A stretch of DNA of 64,000 nucleotides from Bryobacteraceae bacterium (GCA_035948775.1 DASZIV010000114.1:130263-194262), one strand, 5' to 3'. Counted from the stretch's first letter, positions 8,196 through 18,952 are shown. A program made the numbers and translations. Notes: generated from the sequence alone by a model not told the origin.

Positions 8196-11100
8196 ATGAA
8201 AAGCGTTTCCGCGAGTTTCCTGCTGATTGCGGGTATCGGCCTCTCGGCCTGTGTCTCCGTCTGGGGACAGGCTGCATCCACGGCGCAAATCAGCGGCACT
8301 GTTCGCGACTCTGGGGGGCTCTCGGTGCCGGGGGCACTGATTAAAGCGACGCAAACCAGCACGGGCCTGGTGCGAACGGCCACAAGCACCACCGAGGGCG
8401 GGTATGTGATTCCCAATCTACCCATCGGACCGTATCTGGTGGAGATCACCAAGGAAGGCTTCGCCAAGTACATACAATCGGGCATCGTGTTGCAAGTGGA
8501 TGGTAACCCGACCATTGACGCCGCCTTGAAGGTCGGCACGCAGAGCGAACAGGTGGTGGTGCAGGCGGACGCCGCCATGCTGGAAACCCACAGTACCGGA
8601 GTTGGCACGGTAGTGGACCAGCAGCGGGTGGTTGACCTGCCGTTGAACGGCCGCGAGGCGACCCAGCTCATCTATTTGGCGGGCATGGCGACGACCGGCA
8701 ACGGCACCAACCTAAACACCATCCGGAATTACCCCACCCAACTGATCTCGGTGGCCGGCGGGCAGGGGAACGGCGTGACCTATCTTCTGGACGGCGGGAC
8801 GCACAACGATGTGATGAACAATCTCAACCTGCCTTTGCCGTTCCCGGACGCGCTGCAGGAGTTCAAGGTAGAGAGCAGCGCGCTTCCGGCCCAGTACGGA
8901 CTGCATGCCTCGGCAGCCATCAATGCCGTCACCAAGTCGGGAAGCAACGAACTGCATGGCGATGTATTCGAGTTCTTCCGCAACGGGGATCTGAACGCCC
9001 GGGACTATTTCGCCTCCTCCCGCGACACTCTAAAACGCAACCAGTTTGGTGGAACGGTGGGCGGGCCGATTCTGAAGAACAAGCTGTTCTACTTCGTCGG
9101 CTATCAGGGCACCATCATCAAATCGACGCCACCCCAAACCATTGCGTTCGTTCCCACCGCTGCGGAACTAGTGGGAAATTTCGTAGCCGCTGCCGCGCCT
9201 GCCTGCAACACCGGAAGGCAGATCAACCTGCCGGCGTCGCTGGGCTTCGTGGGCAATCAGATTTCCCCAGCGGCGTTGAGCTCCGTGGCGTTGAAAATCA
9301 GCAGCCTGTTGCCCGTCACCACGGACCCCTGCGGCAGAGTCACATACGGCATCCTGGGCAACAGCAACGAACATATCGGGGTAGCCAGAGCGGACTACCA
9401 AGTGACCGCGAAACACTCGTTCTTTGGCCGTTTGGTGATTGCCGATCTGGAAGGGCCGGGCGCTTATGACGGAAAGAATGCGTTGACGTTTAATAACGCT
9501 GCTACTTTGGATCGCGACGCGGCGGTGGTGTTGGGAGATACGTACGTGATCGGCGCCAACTCGGTCAACTCCTTCCGCGCCACAGTGACGCGAACGCGCG
9601 TGGAGAAGACGTCCGATCAGTTCTATTCCTGGGCAGCGCTAGGAGTCTCCACCATTACGCAACTGGTACCATACTTTGCACGGGTGACGGTTTCGGGCGC
9701 CGGCTTTGCGTTCGGCTCCGCTAACGAAACCCCGAGTAAGTTCAATACGGGCCCGACCCTCCAGTTCGGAGACGACTTCAGTCTGGTCCGAGGGTCGCAC
9801 CAGATCGGATTCGGCGCGAATTATATCCACGAACTGATGAATCTGAAATCCGGACTGAACACACCGGGTGGATTTACGTTCAGCGGTCAAATCACCCAAT
9901 TATCGATGGCGGATTTTCTGTTGGGCGATGCGTCGGCGTTCGCACAGGGCGGCTTCTCATTGGGCTACAACCGGCAGAATTACATCGGACTCTACGTGCA
10001 GGATTCCTGGCGGCTCAGTTCCCGGCTGACACTGAACTACGGTCTGCGCTGGGAACCTTATATTGCGCCTTACAGCAAGTACGGATTGTTCTTGAATTTT
10101 AATCCTACGCTATTTGGGCAGAACGTTCACAGTACCGTTTACCCCAACACTCCCGCAGGGGTGATCTTTCCTGGCGATTCGCTATACACCGCAGGCAACG
10201 CTCCTGAGAATTCTACCTGGAGCCGGACGGTGCCGCGGGTCGGAGTCGTTTGGGATCCCACGGGCAGCGGGCGGATGACCATCCGCGCGGCCTATGGGAT
10301 GTTCACCGACCGCCAACATCTGTTCTACTTGGACGCGTTTGCCAACGACGCGCCCTACGGGAATAGCGTCACAACAGGTGCTGTGAGTTTTACTAATCCG
10401 TGGGCGACCATTCCCAACCCGTTCCCTTATGTCCTGACGAAGAACTCCGGGTTTCCGGTTGCGGCAGGCGTGGTGACTCACCAACTGAATGCCCAACCGA
10501 CTTACCTTCATCAATGGAACTTGAGTATCCAACGGCAAGTCGGGGCCAACTGGCTGCTGTCGGCAAATTATGTCGGGAACAGCACGATTCACCTGTGGAC
10601 AGGGAACCAGGAGAACCCGGCGGTTTACATTCCCGGCGCGAGCTGTGTCATTAACGGTATCACGTATAGTCCCTGTTCTTCTTTGACGAACACGAATCAG
10701 CGACGGGTCTTATATCTCCAAAACCCGGATCAAGGACGGTTTTTCGGATCGGTCCAACAGCAGGACACGGGAGGCACCGCAAGCTACGAAGCCTTGTACT
10801 TCTCAGTGTTGCGCAGGCTCAATCGTGGGGTGACCGTGCAGGCGAACTACACCTGGTCGCATTGCATCAGTGACCTGGAAAATACGGAGCTCGGCACAGC
10901 GGGGCCGCTATACATGGTGCCTTCGGAGCGTAGGGTGGACCGCAGTAACTGCGTCTTGTCTGACCAGAGACAGGTGGCGAACATTTCGCTGGTAGCCCAA
11001 ACGCCTCAGTTCTCGGGCCGAACGCTGCGCGCGTTGGCGAGCGACTGGCAGGCCTCGGCCATCATTAGCGCCAAATCGGCGCAATTCTTCACGGTGACTA

Positions 11101-11534
11101 CCGGCGTCGATAACGCCCTCACGGGGCAGGCCAACCAGCGGCCGAATCTGGTGCCGGGAGCAAGCCCATACGCCGCCAGTGCGGGATGTACGCCGGCACC
11201 TTGTGTGCAGTGGGCTGCTTCGGGCGCATTCTCGGCGCCAGCAACAGGCACCTACGGCAACCTGGGCGCATTCAATCTGGCCGGCCCACGAGTGTTCCAA
11301 TTAGACATGGCCTTGGTACGGGCCTTCCGTCTTCGGGAGAAGCAAAGCTTGCAAGTGCGGGCCGAGGCGTTCAACATTTTGAACCGCGTGAATCTGAGCA
11401 CTCCCGTGGCGACGCTGAATAGCTCTAACTTCGGACAGATCACCAGCGATATCAGCGGTCCGCAAGCCGGCGGGCTGGTGGCCTCGTCGGGCGATCCCAG
11501 GATTGTGCAACTCGCTTTGAAGTTTCTGTTTTGA
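8196..11534 (+). CDS. TonB-dependent-receptor-like outer membrane protein with N-terminal carboxypeptidase regulatory-like domain
   Basis: Signal peptide, then 'GTVRDSGGLSVPGALIKATQTSTGLVRTATSTTEGGYVIPNLPIGPYLVEITKEGF' (CarboxypepD_reg). Plug-like 'VVDLPLNGREATQL' follows, then a long beta-barrel ending in the aromatic 'LKFLF'. The ATG at 8196 follows 'aaggggg'. Confidence 0.85.
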   Translation: MKSVSASFLLIAGIGLSACVSVWGQAASTAQISGTVRDSGGLSVPGALIKATQTSTGLVRTATSTTEGGYVIPNLPIGPYLVEITKEGFAKYIQSGIVLQVDGNPTIDAALKVGTQSEQVVVQADAAMLETHSTGVGTVVDQQRVVDLPLNGREATQLIYLAGMATTGNGTNLNTIRNYPTQLISVAGGQGNGVTYLLDGGTHNDVMNNLNLPLPFPDALQEFKVESSALPAQYGLHASAAINAVTKSGSNELHGDVFEFFRNGDLNARDYFASSRDTLKRNQFGGTVGGPILKNKLFYFVGYQGTIIKSTPPQTIAFVPTAAELVGNFVAAAAPACNTGRQINLPASLGFVGNQISPAALSSVALKISSLLPVTTDPCGRVTYGILGNSNEHIGVARADYQVTAKHSFFGRLVIADLEGPGAYDGKNALTFNNAATLDRDAAVVLGDTYVIGANSVNSFRATVTRTRVEKTSDQFYSWAALGVSTITQLVPYFARVTVSGAGFAFGSANETPSKFNTGPTLQFGDDFSLVRGSHQIGFGANYIHELMNLKSGLNTPGGFTFSGQITQLSMADFLLGDASAFAQGGFSLGYNRQNYIGLYVQDSWRLSSRLTLNYGLRWEPYIAPYSKYGLFLNFNPTLFGQNVHSTVYPNTPAGVIFPGDSLYTAGNAPENSTWSRTVPRVGVVWDPTGSGRMTIRAAYGMFTDRQHLFYLDAFANDAPYGNSVTTGAVSFTNPWATIPNPFPYVLTKNSGFPVAAGVVTHQLNAQPTYLHQWNLSIQRQVGANWLLSANYVGNSTIHLWTGNQENPAVYIPGASCVINGITYSPCSSLTNTNQRRVLYLQNPDQGRFFGSVQQQDTGGTASYEALYFSVLRRLNRGVTVQANYTWSHCISDLENTELGTAGPLYMVPSERRVDRSNCVLSDQRQVANISLVAQTPQFSGRTLRALASDWQASAIISAKSAQFFTVTTGVDNALTGQANQRPNLVPGASPYAASAGCTPAPCVQWAASGAFSAPATGTYGNLGAFNLAGPRVFQLDMALVRAFRLREKQSLQVRAEAFNILNRVNLSTPVATLNSSNFGQITSDISGPQAGGLVASSGDPRIVQLALKFLF

Positions 11535-11724
11535 GACTGACTTGTTGCAGACGGACGCTGATCACCCTGACGTCTGCCACTCGGATGTATAACGCCCGAG
11601 CCGTGGAAGCGAAAGAAAGAACGTAACCTCGAAACCGGCATTGCCAGGCCCGTGCCTGGCTCAAGTTAACGCCTATGGGGCGGCCCCCCGCTCCGCCCCA
11701 CCATCTGCGTCGTTGCACCGCAGT

Positions 11725-12204
11725 TCAGAGACCCGCGTAGGGAACTGCCGTCCCGTGGCTGAGAATTCGCCGGGCGTAGTCGATCTGTCCGAGGTGATAG
11801 TTCAAATGACCGAGCAGCGACATCAGGAACTGTTGGGTGGATAACGGAACGCCCAGAACATTCTCGGGATAAGCGGCCTCGAGTTGCTCCGAAGACAGAG
11901 CTGCAATGACGTCCGGAACGAGTTGCCTCACGGCCTGCATCCGTCGAAGAAGGTCTGCCGCGGGAACGGCCGCGGGCGCGAATTCCTCACTGCGCACGCG
12001 CGAGTAGAAGATACCGCCCAACTGGCGGCCGATGTATTCGCGAAGGTTGCCTTCGAGGTGAATGACCAGGTTTCCCGCGGAATTGGTGACTCCGGGGGCG
12101 CATTGCCAAAGCACTCGGTCGTTCTCCCCAAAGGCTTCTAGTTGCTGAATGAGTCGGGTCAGGTCACGGCGGAATAAAGCGGCGAGTTCGCTTGCGAGGG
12201 TCAT
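11725..12204 (-). CDS. DinB-family four-helix-bundle protein
   Basis: 'SAGNLVIHLEGNLREYIG' and 'LLGHLNYHLGQIDY' provide the His-triad-type DinB motifs. I chose the start at the internal Met (12204) to avoid overlap with the divergent SDR gene. Confidence 0.7.
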   Translation of the reverse strand: MTLASELAALFRRDLTRLIQQLEAFGENDRVLWQCAPGVTNSAGNLVIHLEGNLREYIGRQLGGIFYSRVRSEEFAPAAVPAADLLRRMQAVRQLVPDVIAALSSEQLEAAYPENVLGVPLSTQQFLMSLLGHLNYHLGQIDYARRILSHGTAVPYAGL

Positions 12205-12231
12205 GGTTGGTCCTAAGATGAAGAATACGCC

Positions 12232-12984
12232 ATGCACCAGTCGCGGGTTCTGATCGTCACCGGGGGCGGACGGGGAATTGGGCGAGCTACAGCTTTAGTC
12301 GCCGCCAGCCGCGGGTACGCCGTCTGTGTCAATTATGCCCAAAACCAACCGGCCGCCCAGGAGGTGGTGAGCACGATTCAACGCGAAGGCGGCAGGGCCC
12401 TCGCCGTGCAGGCAGACATTAGTTGCGAACCCCAGGTGATGTCCTTATTCGAGGCCGTCGACCGCGAATTCGGCCCTCTAACCGCCTTAGTCAACAACGC
12501 CGCTACGCTGGAACCGCAAATGCGGCTGGACTCGATGGATGCCGCTAGGCTGCAACGAATGTTTGCCACAAACGTCATTGGAAGTATGCTCTGCTCGCGC
12601 GAGGCGGTTCGGCGCATGTCTTCCCGTTACAGCGGCTCTGGCGGAGCCATCGTCAATATCTCCTCCGGCGCGGCGCGTTGGGGCTCGCCGGGCGAGTACA
12701 TCGACTACGCAGCCACCAAGGGAGCCGTGGAAACTCTTACGATTGGTTTGGCGAAAGAGGTCGCCGAAGAAGGGATTCGCGTCAACGGCGTACGGCCTGG
12801 GTTCATCCATACCGATCTGCACGCGAAGGGCGGCGAGCCCGGTCGGGTCGAGCGACTAAAAACGCAGGTGCCGATGCAACGCGGCGGACGCCCGGAGGAA
12901 GTTGCTGCTGCAGTGATCTGGTTGCTATCCGAAGAAGCGTCCTATGTAACAGGTACGATTATTGACGTTTCGGGCGGCCGGTAA
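12232..12984 (+). CDS. SDR family oxidoreductase
   Basis: 'VTGGGRGIGRA' (TGxxxGxG), 'NNAA', catalytic 'YAATKGAV', 'PGFIHTD'. Confidence 0.9.
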   Translation: MHQSRVLIVTGGGRGIGRATALVAASRGYAVCVNYAQNQPAAQEVVSTIQREGGRALAVQADISCEPQVMSLFEAVDREFGPLTALVNNAATLEPQMRLDSMDAARLQRMFATNVIGSMLCSREAVRRMSSRYSGSGGAIVNISSGAARWGSPGEYIDYAATKGAVETLTIGLAKEVAEEGIRVNGVRPGFIHTDLHAKGGEPGRVERLKTQVPMQRGGRPEEVAAAVIWLLSEEASYVTGTIIDVSGGR

Positions 12985-13044
12985 TCGCCTTCACAAACCG
13001 CATTCACCAAAGGGGATCACTTTCACCTTCATCGGCGTGGGAAA

Positions 13045-15624
13045 ATGGGTATGGTGGCAAAGAAAAAGGAAATGAAGGTCCGGGTCCCGAAAAACGCGGG
13101 CCTGGCGCAATTCTTTCTGAAACCGGCCGGGCGCATTTTGGTAATCGGAACGGCGCTGTTAGTAGTTTTGGGCCTGGGTGTTTTCACATACAACTATTCG
13201 AAGTACTCGCGATTGATCGACGCCAAGCTGCGGGCAGGACCGTTCGCGGTTACCGCGAAACTCTTCGCGGCCCCGCAGTCAGTCGCGGTGGGCGAGACCC
13301 TCACGCCGTCCGAAATAGCGGCTGAGCTGCATCGCAGCGGCTACACCGAAACGCGCAGCAATCCCACCGGGTATTACCAGATCCATCCCGATTCCATCGA
13401 GGTTTTCCCCGGACCCGATTCCTATTTCGACCAGGAAGCCGGAGTGGTCAAGTTCTCGGGCGGAAAGATCTCACAGATCATCTCGCTCGAGGACAATACC
13501 TCGCGCAACCAGTATCAACTGGAGCCGGAGCTCATTACCAGCCTTTCCGGCCCCAATCGCGAGAAGCGGCGCCTCGTCAAGTTCCAGGAGATTCCCAGGG
13601 TGGTGGTGGATGCGATCACGTCGGCCGAAGACAAGCGGTTCTTCCAGCACTCCGGTATCGATCCGATCCGCATCGTCAAGGCCGCTTACGTGGATCTGAA
13701 ACAGGGACGCAAGGAGCAAGGCGCTTCCACCCTAAGCCAGCAACTTGCCCGCGGCTTCTGGCTCGACAACGACAAACGCTGGACGCGCAAAATAGCCGAA
13801 GTCATCATCACGCTGGAACTGGAGCAAAAGCTTTCGAAGGAAGAGATCTTTGAGGATTACGCCAACCTGGTGTATCTAGGGTGGCGAGGGTCGTTTGAAA
13901 TCCACGGTTTTGGCGAAGCGGCCGAAGCATATTTCGGGAAGGACTTGAGCCAGATCAGTCTCCCGGAAGCTGCCACGCTGGCTGGCATGATCCAGCGGCC
14001 GTCGTACTTCAACCCGTACAAGTTCCCCGAGCGCACGCGCGACCGGCGCAACATCGTGCTTTCGTTGATGCACCAGAACGATTTGATCAACGACCGCGAT
14101 TACCAACTGGCGCTGGATTCGCCGCTGACGGTGGCCCGCGGCGCCGCGCAATCGGTGGACGCACCCTATTTCGTCGACCTGGTGGACGACGAACTGCAGA
14201 GTAAATTCCAGGATGCCAATTTCCGTTCCGGCGCATTCCGTATTTATACAACGCTCGACATGAACCTGCAGCGCGCAGCGGCGGAAGCTGTGCGCATCGG
14301 CATGCAGAGTGTGGACGAGCAGATTCGCAAACAGCGTCGCTTCCGCGGGCAGCCGATTCCAGAAGCGCAGGTAGCCCTGATCGCTTTAGACCCGCACACG
14401 GCGGAGGTCAAAGCCGTAATCGGTGGGCGCAACTATGGCGCCAGCCAGCTCAATCACAGCATCCGGAAGCGGCAGCCCGGCTCGATCTTCAAACCCTTCG
14501 TCTATGCGGCCGCACTCAATACAGCGGTGCAGGGTGGACCGCATATCCTGACCGCCAGCACCGAGGTGTTGGACGAACCAACTACTTTCTGGTTCGACGG
14601 CAAACCTTACGAACCGAGTAACTTTAAACATGAATTTCACGGGATGGTGACGCTGCGCGAGGCGCTGGCCCATTCCATGAATGTGGCCACCGTGAAGGTT
14701 GCGGAGATGGTGGGGTACGACGCGGTGGTGGACATGGCCAACCGGGCGGGCATGAACTACAAGATTCAACCGACCCCGGCGGTAGCGTTGGGCGCGTACG
14801 AGATCACGCCGCTCGAGGCTGCCGGCGCCTATACCATCTTCAGTAATCAGGGCAATTATGTGAGACCGAGCTTTCTCAATCTGGTGCGGGCGCAGGATGG
14901 CCAGATCATTTATAAGAACCAGGTGGAGCAGAAGCAGGTCCTGGACCCGCGCGTGGCATACCTCATGACCAATCTGATGGAAGAGGTGCTGCGCACCGGC
15001 ACGGCCGCGGCGGTGCGCGGGCGCGGCTTTACGGTACCGGCAGCGGGAAAGACGGGTACGTCCCACGACGGCTGGTTCGCAGGCTACACCTCGGAGCTGA
15101 TGTGCATCGTATGGGTGGGGTTTGACGATAACCGCGAGTTGGATCTGGAAGGCGCCCATTCGGCTGCGCCGATCTGGGGCGAATTCATGAAGCGTGCGCT
15201 GCAGTTCAGGGAATATCGCGACGCCAAAGAGTTCGACGCGCCCGAGGGGATTGTGTCGGTGGAGATTGATCCGGAGTCGGGAATGCCCGCCACGCCTTAT
15301 TGCCCGAAGACCCGCACCGAAGTCTATATCGCCGGCACGCAGCCTGTGGGCACCTGCCCGCTACACGGCGGAGGCAGGCAGAATGTTACAAATGTTGCCG
15401 GATGGGAAAATGCCAACCAACCGGGTAAGAGCCCGGCGAACGACGGTGGGCTGAAGATTACCGGGTCGGGCAGCGATGGCCAGGCCACCCCGGCCGTTGT
15501 GGCGCAGCGCACCAACGGTTCGGCTGCACGGCCGGAACCACCTCCTGCCACCCCGCAGCCCGAACCGTCAGAGCCCAAGCAGAAGAAAGGATTCCTCCGG
15601 CGTTTGCTGGGTGTGTTTAAATAG
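13045..15624 (+). CDS. class A penicillin-binding protein (glycosyltransferase + transpeptidase), PBP1A-type
   Basis: N-terminal TM segment. GT51 motifs 'EDKRFFQHSGID' and 'GASTLSQQL'. Transpeptidase motifs 'SIFKPF' (SxxK), 'SMN', 'KTGTS'. The C-terminus is a Pro-rich tail ending in 'KKGFLRRLLGVFK'. Confidence 0.9.
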   Translation: MGMVAKKKEMKVRVPKNAGLAQFFLKPAGRILVIGTALLVVLGLGVFTYNYSKYSRLIDAKLRAGPFAVTAKLFAAPQSVAVGETLTPSEIAAELHRSGYTETRSNPTGYYQIHPDSIEVFPGPDSYFDQEAGVVKFSGGKISQIISLEDNTSRNQYQLEPELITSLSGPNREKRRLVKFQEIPRVVVDAITSAEDKRFFQHSGIDPIRIVKAAYVDLKQGRKEQGASTLSQQLARGFWLDNDKRWTRKIAEVIITLELEQKLSKEEIFEDYANLVYLGWRGSFEIHGFGEAAEAYFGKDLSQISLPEAATLAGMIQRPSYFNPYKFPERTRDRRNIVLSLMHQNDLINDRDYQLALDSPLTVARGAAQSVDAPYFVDLVDDELQSKFQDANFRSGAFRIYTTLDMNLQRAAAEAVRIGMQSVDEQIRKQRRFRGQPIPEAQVALIALDPHTAEVKAVIGGRNYGASQLNHSIRKRQPGSIFKPFVYAAALNTAVQGGPHILTASTEVLDEPTTFWFDGKPYEPSNFKHEFHGMVTLREALAHSMNVATVKVAEMVGYDAVVDMANRAGMNYKIQPTPAVALGAYEITPLEAAGAYTIFSNQGNYVRPSFLNLVRAQDGQIIYKNQVEQKQVLDPRVAYLMTNLMEEVLRTGTAAAVRGRGFTVPAAGKTGTSHDGWFAGYTSELMCIVWVGFDDNRELDLEGAHSAAPIWGEFMKRALQFREYRDAKEFDAPEGIVSVEIDPESGMPATPYCPKTRTEVYIAGTQPVGTCPLHGGGRQNVTNVAGWENANQPGKSPANDGGLKITGSGSDGQATPAVVAQRTNGSAARPEPPPATPQPEPSEPKQKKGFLRRLLGVFK

Positions 15625-15639
15625 CTTCGGGAGGCCGGT

Positions 15640-16407
15640 ATGGTTTCCAGAACGCTTACTTTGGTTATCGCCGCCGGCGCCGGTTGCGGGTCCGCGCTGG
15701 CGCAAGTTGGTGGCGCGCTGGTAGATCAGACGCGAATTGCCCCTTCGCCCACTCGCAGCCTCACGCCCGAAAATCGCGGCGATATCTTCATGGCCCGCAA
15801 GATGTATCGCGAGGCCATCGAAACCTTTCTCGAAGAACCGAAAAAGACCGCGGTCATCTACAACAAGGTCGGGATCGCTTACCATCAATTGCCCAACCAG
15901 ATGGACCTGGCGAAGAAGTATTACGAGATGGCGCTGAAGCTCAACCGCAACTACGGCGAAGCGCTCAACAACATTGGAACCGTCTACTACGCCAGGAAGA
16001 ACTTTCGCAGGGCGATCACGTACTACAATCGGGCGCTCAAGATCAACGAATCGGCTTCCGTTTACAGCAACCTGGGCACCGCGTTTTTCGCCCGCAAGGA
16101 ATACGAAAAGGCAACGGAAGCCTACCAGAAGGCGTTCAGCATGGATCCGGAAGTGTTCGAGCGCAAGAGCAATTTCGGCACTCTGCTCCAGGACCGCAAT
16201 GTCGAGGAGCGCGCCAAGTTCCACTATTACCTGGCCAAGATGTATGCCAAAGCGGGCCGTAATGAGCTAGCCTTGCAGTACGTGCGAAAAGCTTTGGAAG
16301 AAGGATTCAAGGACAAACAGAAGTTGAACCAAGATCCGGAATTTGAAGCCCTGCGCGATACTCCTGAGTTTCAGGAACTGCTCACCTTGGAACCGCGTGT
16401 CTTGTAG
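15640..16407 (+). CDS. TPR repeat protein (secreted)
   Basis: Signal-like N-terminus followed by repeated 'A...Y..AL.L.P.Y..A..N.G' TPR units. Confidence 0.75.
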   Translation: MVSRTLTLVIAAGAGCGSALAQVGGALVDQTRIAPSPTRSLTPENRGDIFMARKMYREAIETFLEEPKKTAVIYNKVGIAYHQLPNQMDLAKKYYEMALKLNRNYGEALNNIGTVYYARKNFRRAITYYNRALKINESASVYSNLGTAFFARKEYEKATEAYQKAFSMDPEVFERKSNFGTLLQDRNVEERAKFHYYLAKMYAKAGRNELALQYVRKALEEGFKDKQKLNQDPEFEALRDTPEFQELLTLEPRVL

Positions 16408-18322
16408 ATTGGCTACGGTGTTGGCCGCATGCGTGGCGGCGTTGTCCTGTTCGCGTACACTCTCCGACGGTCCTGAACGGATCGCCATCCTGCGTTTCGA
16501 AAACCTCAGTTCCGATCCGTCCCTCGACTGGATGGGCAGGGCCTTCTCGGAAGTGATCACCCGAGAGTTGGCCGGTGCGCCGGGAATCTATTCTGTTCCT
16601 TTCGATCGGCTGCACAACCTGGATCCATCTTTCGGAAGCCGACCTCTGGCAGCGCCGGGGATTTCGGCAGAACGGAGTCTGGCGCTGGCCACGGGCGCGA
16701 GCCGCCTGGGCTACGGACAGTACTGGCTGCGTGGCGGGAAGATAGAAGCGAAACTAACGCTGGAAGATCCCCGATCCGGAAAGATGGTCCAGGAGGTCTC
16801 GGCCTCGGCTTCGGCTGGCGACCCCGTAAGCGCTGCCACCGCGCTCGCCAAGCAGGTATCGACCCAGGCAGCGCCTTACTTGACGCGCAGCTCTGCGGCG
16901 TTGAAGTCCTACGCGCTGGCCCTGGAATCCCCGGAGCTCGAGACCATGGTGGGGCGCCTGGAAGAGGCCGTCGCCGCCGACGCCAACTATGCCGCGCCCT
17001 ACAGCCGGCTGGCGCAGGTGAAGCTGCAACGGCAAGACCGGACCGGGGCGATGGCGATTCTGCAGCAGGCGCTTTCCCATGGCAACCAGATGCCGGAACT
17101 GGAGCGCGCGCGTTTGGAATTCGAGGCCGCCAGCCTGGGCGGTAATCACGCCGATGCGCAACGCTCCCTCACCACTTGGGCCCGTCTGACGCCCAACGAT
17201 CCCGCGGTCTGGCAATCAATGGCTCAGACCAACATGAATGGGCATCGTTACCTGGAAGCCGCGAAGGCTTATCAGAGAGCCGTGGCCGCGGCGCCCGACG
17301 ATGTGAACCTGCTGAACCAGCTTGGGTACGCGGCTGCCTACGCGGGCGACCTGAACACGGCGGCACAAGCATTGCAGCGCTACCAGACCCTGCGGCCCGG
17401 CGACGCCAACCCGCTCGACTCGCTGGGCGACGTCAATTTACTGCTCGGCCGCCTGCACGAAGCCGAAGCCTCTTACCTGGCAGCCGCCAAGAAGGATCCG
17501 ACGTTTCTCAACGGAGGAGATCTCTTCAAAGCAGCGATGGCCCGTTTGATGGGCGGCGATGTGCAAGGCGCCGATGGCCTCGCCAAGCAATTCGCCGACT
17601 ACCGGGCCGCGGCCAAAGACCCGCTGGTCGATTTCCATAAAGCCCATTGGGCCTGGATCAGCGGCCGTCGAAAAGACGCACTGGATGCCATGGCTGCATT
17701 TGCGCACAACGCCGAAGTCGGGCCGCTGCGCGAAGCAGCTTCCGAAGCCTACAGCCAGTTGGCGCTATGGGACGTGGCCGTCGGTGATCGCCGCGCTGCC
17801 GCGCAAATGGCTGAGCAGGCTGGTCGGCTCGCGGGACCGGGTTCGGCGGCACTGGTAAAAGCCGCGCGTTTCCTGGCGCAGCCTTCCGCCACGCCCGCGG
17901 AATGGGAAGAGCGCGCGGAGGGTTTCTACCCCGGCCCTGCCGAGGAGCAGACCAGACGGCTCACCCTGAGCTACGCGTTGCTAGCCGATAAGGAATACGA
18001 GCAGGCCGTGCCGCTGCTAGAAGCGCTGTATCAGAATACGCCACCCACTGCAGACGACCTCTTGCCACTGTTGCTCGGCTGGGCGTACCTGGAGACTGGC
18101 AAGCAGCGAGATGCCGGGGCCTTGCTGCGCTTCAATCCGATCCCAGCCGCGTCCGGAGTGACTCCCCTGGCGGAGTTCTACTTTCCGCGATTGTTCTATC
18201 TTCGCGGCCGGCTCGCCAGACTGGACGGCAAGCGCGACGAGATCCACGAGTTGAACCGCTTGTTCCTCACGCTCTCCGGCAGCCCTCCGTTGATTTGGGG
18301 CGAAGAAGCGATGGCGCGGTAG
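16343..18322 (+). CDS. TPR repeat lipoprotein-like protein (start uncertain)
   Basis: 'LATVLAACVAALSCSR' resembles a lipobox, and the C-terminal two thirds contains multiple TPR units. The track start overlaps the upstream gene by 65 nt, so the true start is probably an alternative codon near 16409. Confidence 0.65.
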   Translation: MKPCAILLSFRNCSPWNRVSCRLATVLAACVAALSCSRTLSDGPERIAILRFENLSSDPSLDWMGRAFSEVITRELAGAPGIYSVPFDRLHNLDPSFGSRPLAAPGISAERSLALATGASRLGYGQYWLRGGKIEAKLTLEDPRSGKMVQEVSASASAGDPVSAATALAKQVSTQAAPYLTRSSAALKSYALALESPELETMVGRLEEAVAADANYAAPYSRLAQVKLQRQDRTGAMAILQQALSHGNQMPELERARLEFEAASLGGNHADAQRSLTTWARLTPNDPAVWQSMAQTNMNGHRYLEAAKAYQRAVAAAPDDVNLLNQLGYAAAYAGDLNTAAQALQRYQTLRPGDANPLDSLGDVNLLLGRLHEAEASYLAAAKKDPTFLNGGDLFKAAMARLMGGDVQGADGLAKQFADYRAAAKDPLVDFHKAHWAWISGRRKDALDAMAAFAHNAEVGPLREAASEAYSQLALWDVAVGDRRAAAQMAEQAGRLAGPGSAALVKAARFLAQPSATPAEWEERAEGFYPGPAEEQTRRLTLSYALLADKEYEQAVPLLEALYQNTPPTADDLLPLLLGWAYLETGKQRDAGALLRFNPIPAASGVTPLAEFYFPRLFYLRGRLARLDGKRDEIHELNRLFLTLSGSPPLIWGEEAMAR

Positions 18323-18474
18323 GAGCCAGCCGCAAAGCTGGAAACGTGCTACCCCGCAAGGAAAAATGAAAATCCCATGAATGGATATTTCTAGGAACAT
18401 TTTGCGAAAGAAATCGTCTAAGCAGAACATATAGGCACAAGCGCGCGAGCGAGAACCGCAAAAGGAGCGTTTCC

Positions 18475-18867
18475 ATGAGTCACCGGATCACTGCCTGGGT
18501 CGCCATCGGCATCCTGCTCACGGCGAGCAAAGCCTTGCCACATCACAACATGACCGCTCTGTTCGACCTGAACGATCGTGTTAACATCACCGGCACCTTC
18601 ACTAAGGTGGACTGGAGGAACCCGCACATCCAGTTCTTCGTGGAGGCGAAGAACGACAAGGGCCAAACCGAGACCTGGGTGGTCGAGGGACCGCCTCCCA
18701 GCTTCTTCCGAAGCCGGGACATCGCCAAGACCGACTTCGAGGGCGCCATCGGCAAGATGGTCACCGTCGAAGCCAGCCGCGCCCGCGATCACACTACCTC
18801 TGGGCTCCTGCGAGTCCTGACCCTGCCGGACGGGAAAACGGTATCTGCCTGTCCCCAAAATTGTTGA
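18475..18867 (+). CDS. small secreted protein, DUF6152-like
   Basis: Signal peptide followed by 'HHN', and 'GTFTKVDWRNPHIQFFVEAKNDKG' as I recall for DUF6152. RBS 'aaaggag' lies upstream. Confidence 0.55.
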   Translation: MSHRITAWVAIGILLTASKALPHHNMTALFDLNDRVNITGTFTKVDWRNPHIQFFVEAKNDKGQTETWVVEGPPPSFFRSRDIAKTDFEGAIGKMVTVEASRARDHTTSGLLRVLTLPDGKTVSACPQNC

Positions 18868-18952
18868 GCCTTTCAGCAGACAACATGGGCAAAGCGCCGG
18901 TGTTAGCTCAATGGGTCAACGACGTGTCCGCTCCAACCAGGAGGGAACCTTG

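Noticed and set aside
11535-11724. GC-rich hairpins (gccaggc-ccgt-gcctggc; ggggcgg...ccgcccc) between the convergent genes, as possible terminators.
   Set aside because: The stems are short and no U-tract follows on either strand. I cannot support an intrinsic-terminator call from sequence alone.
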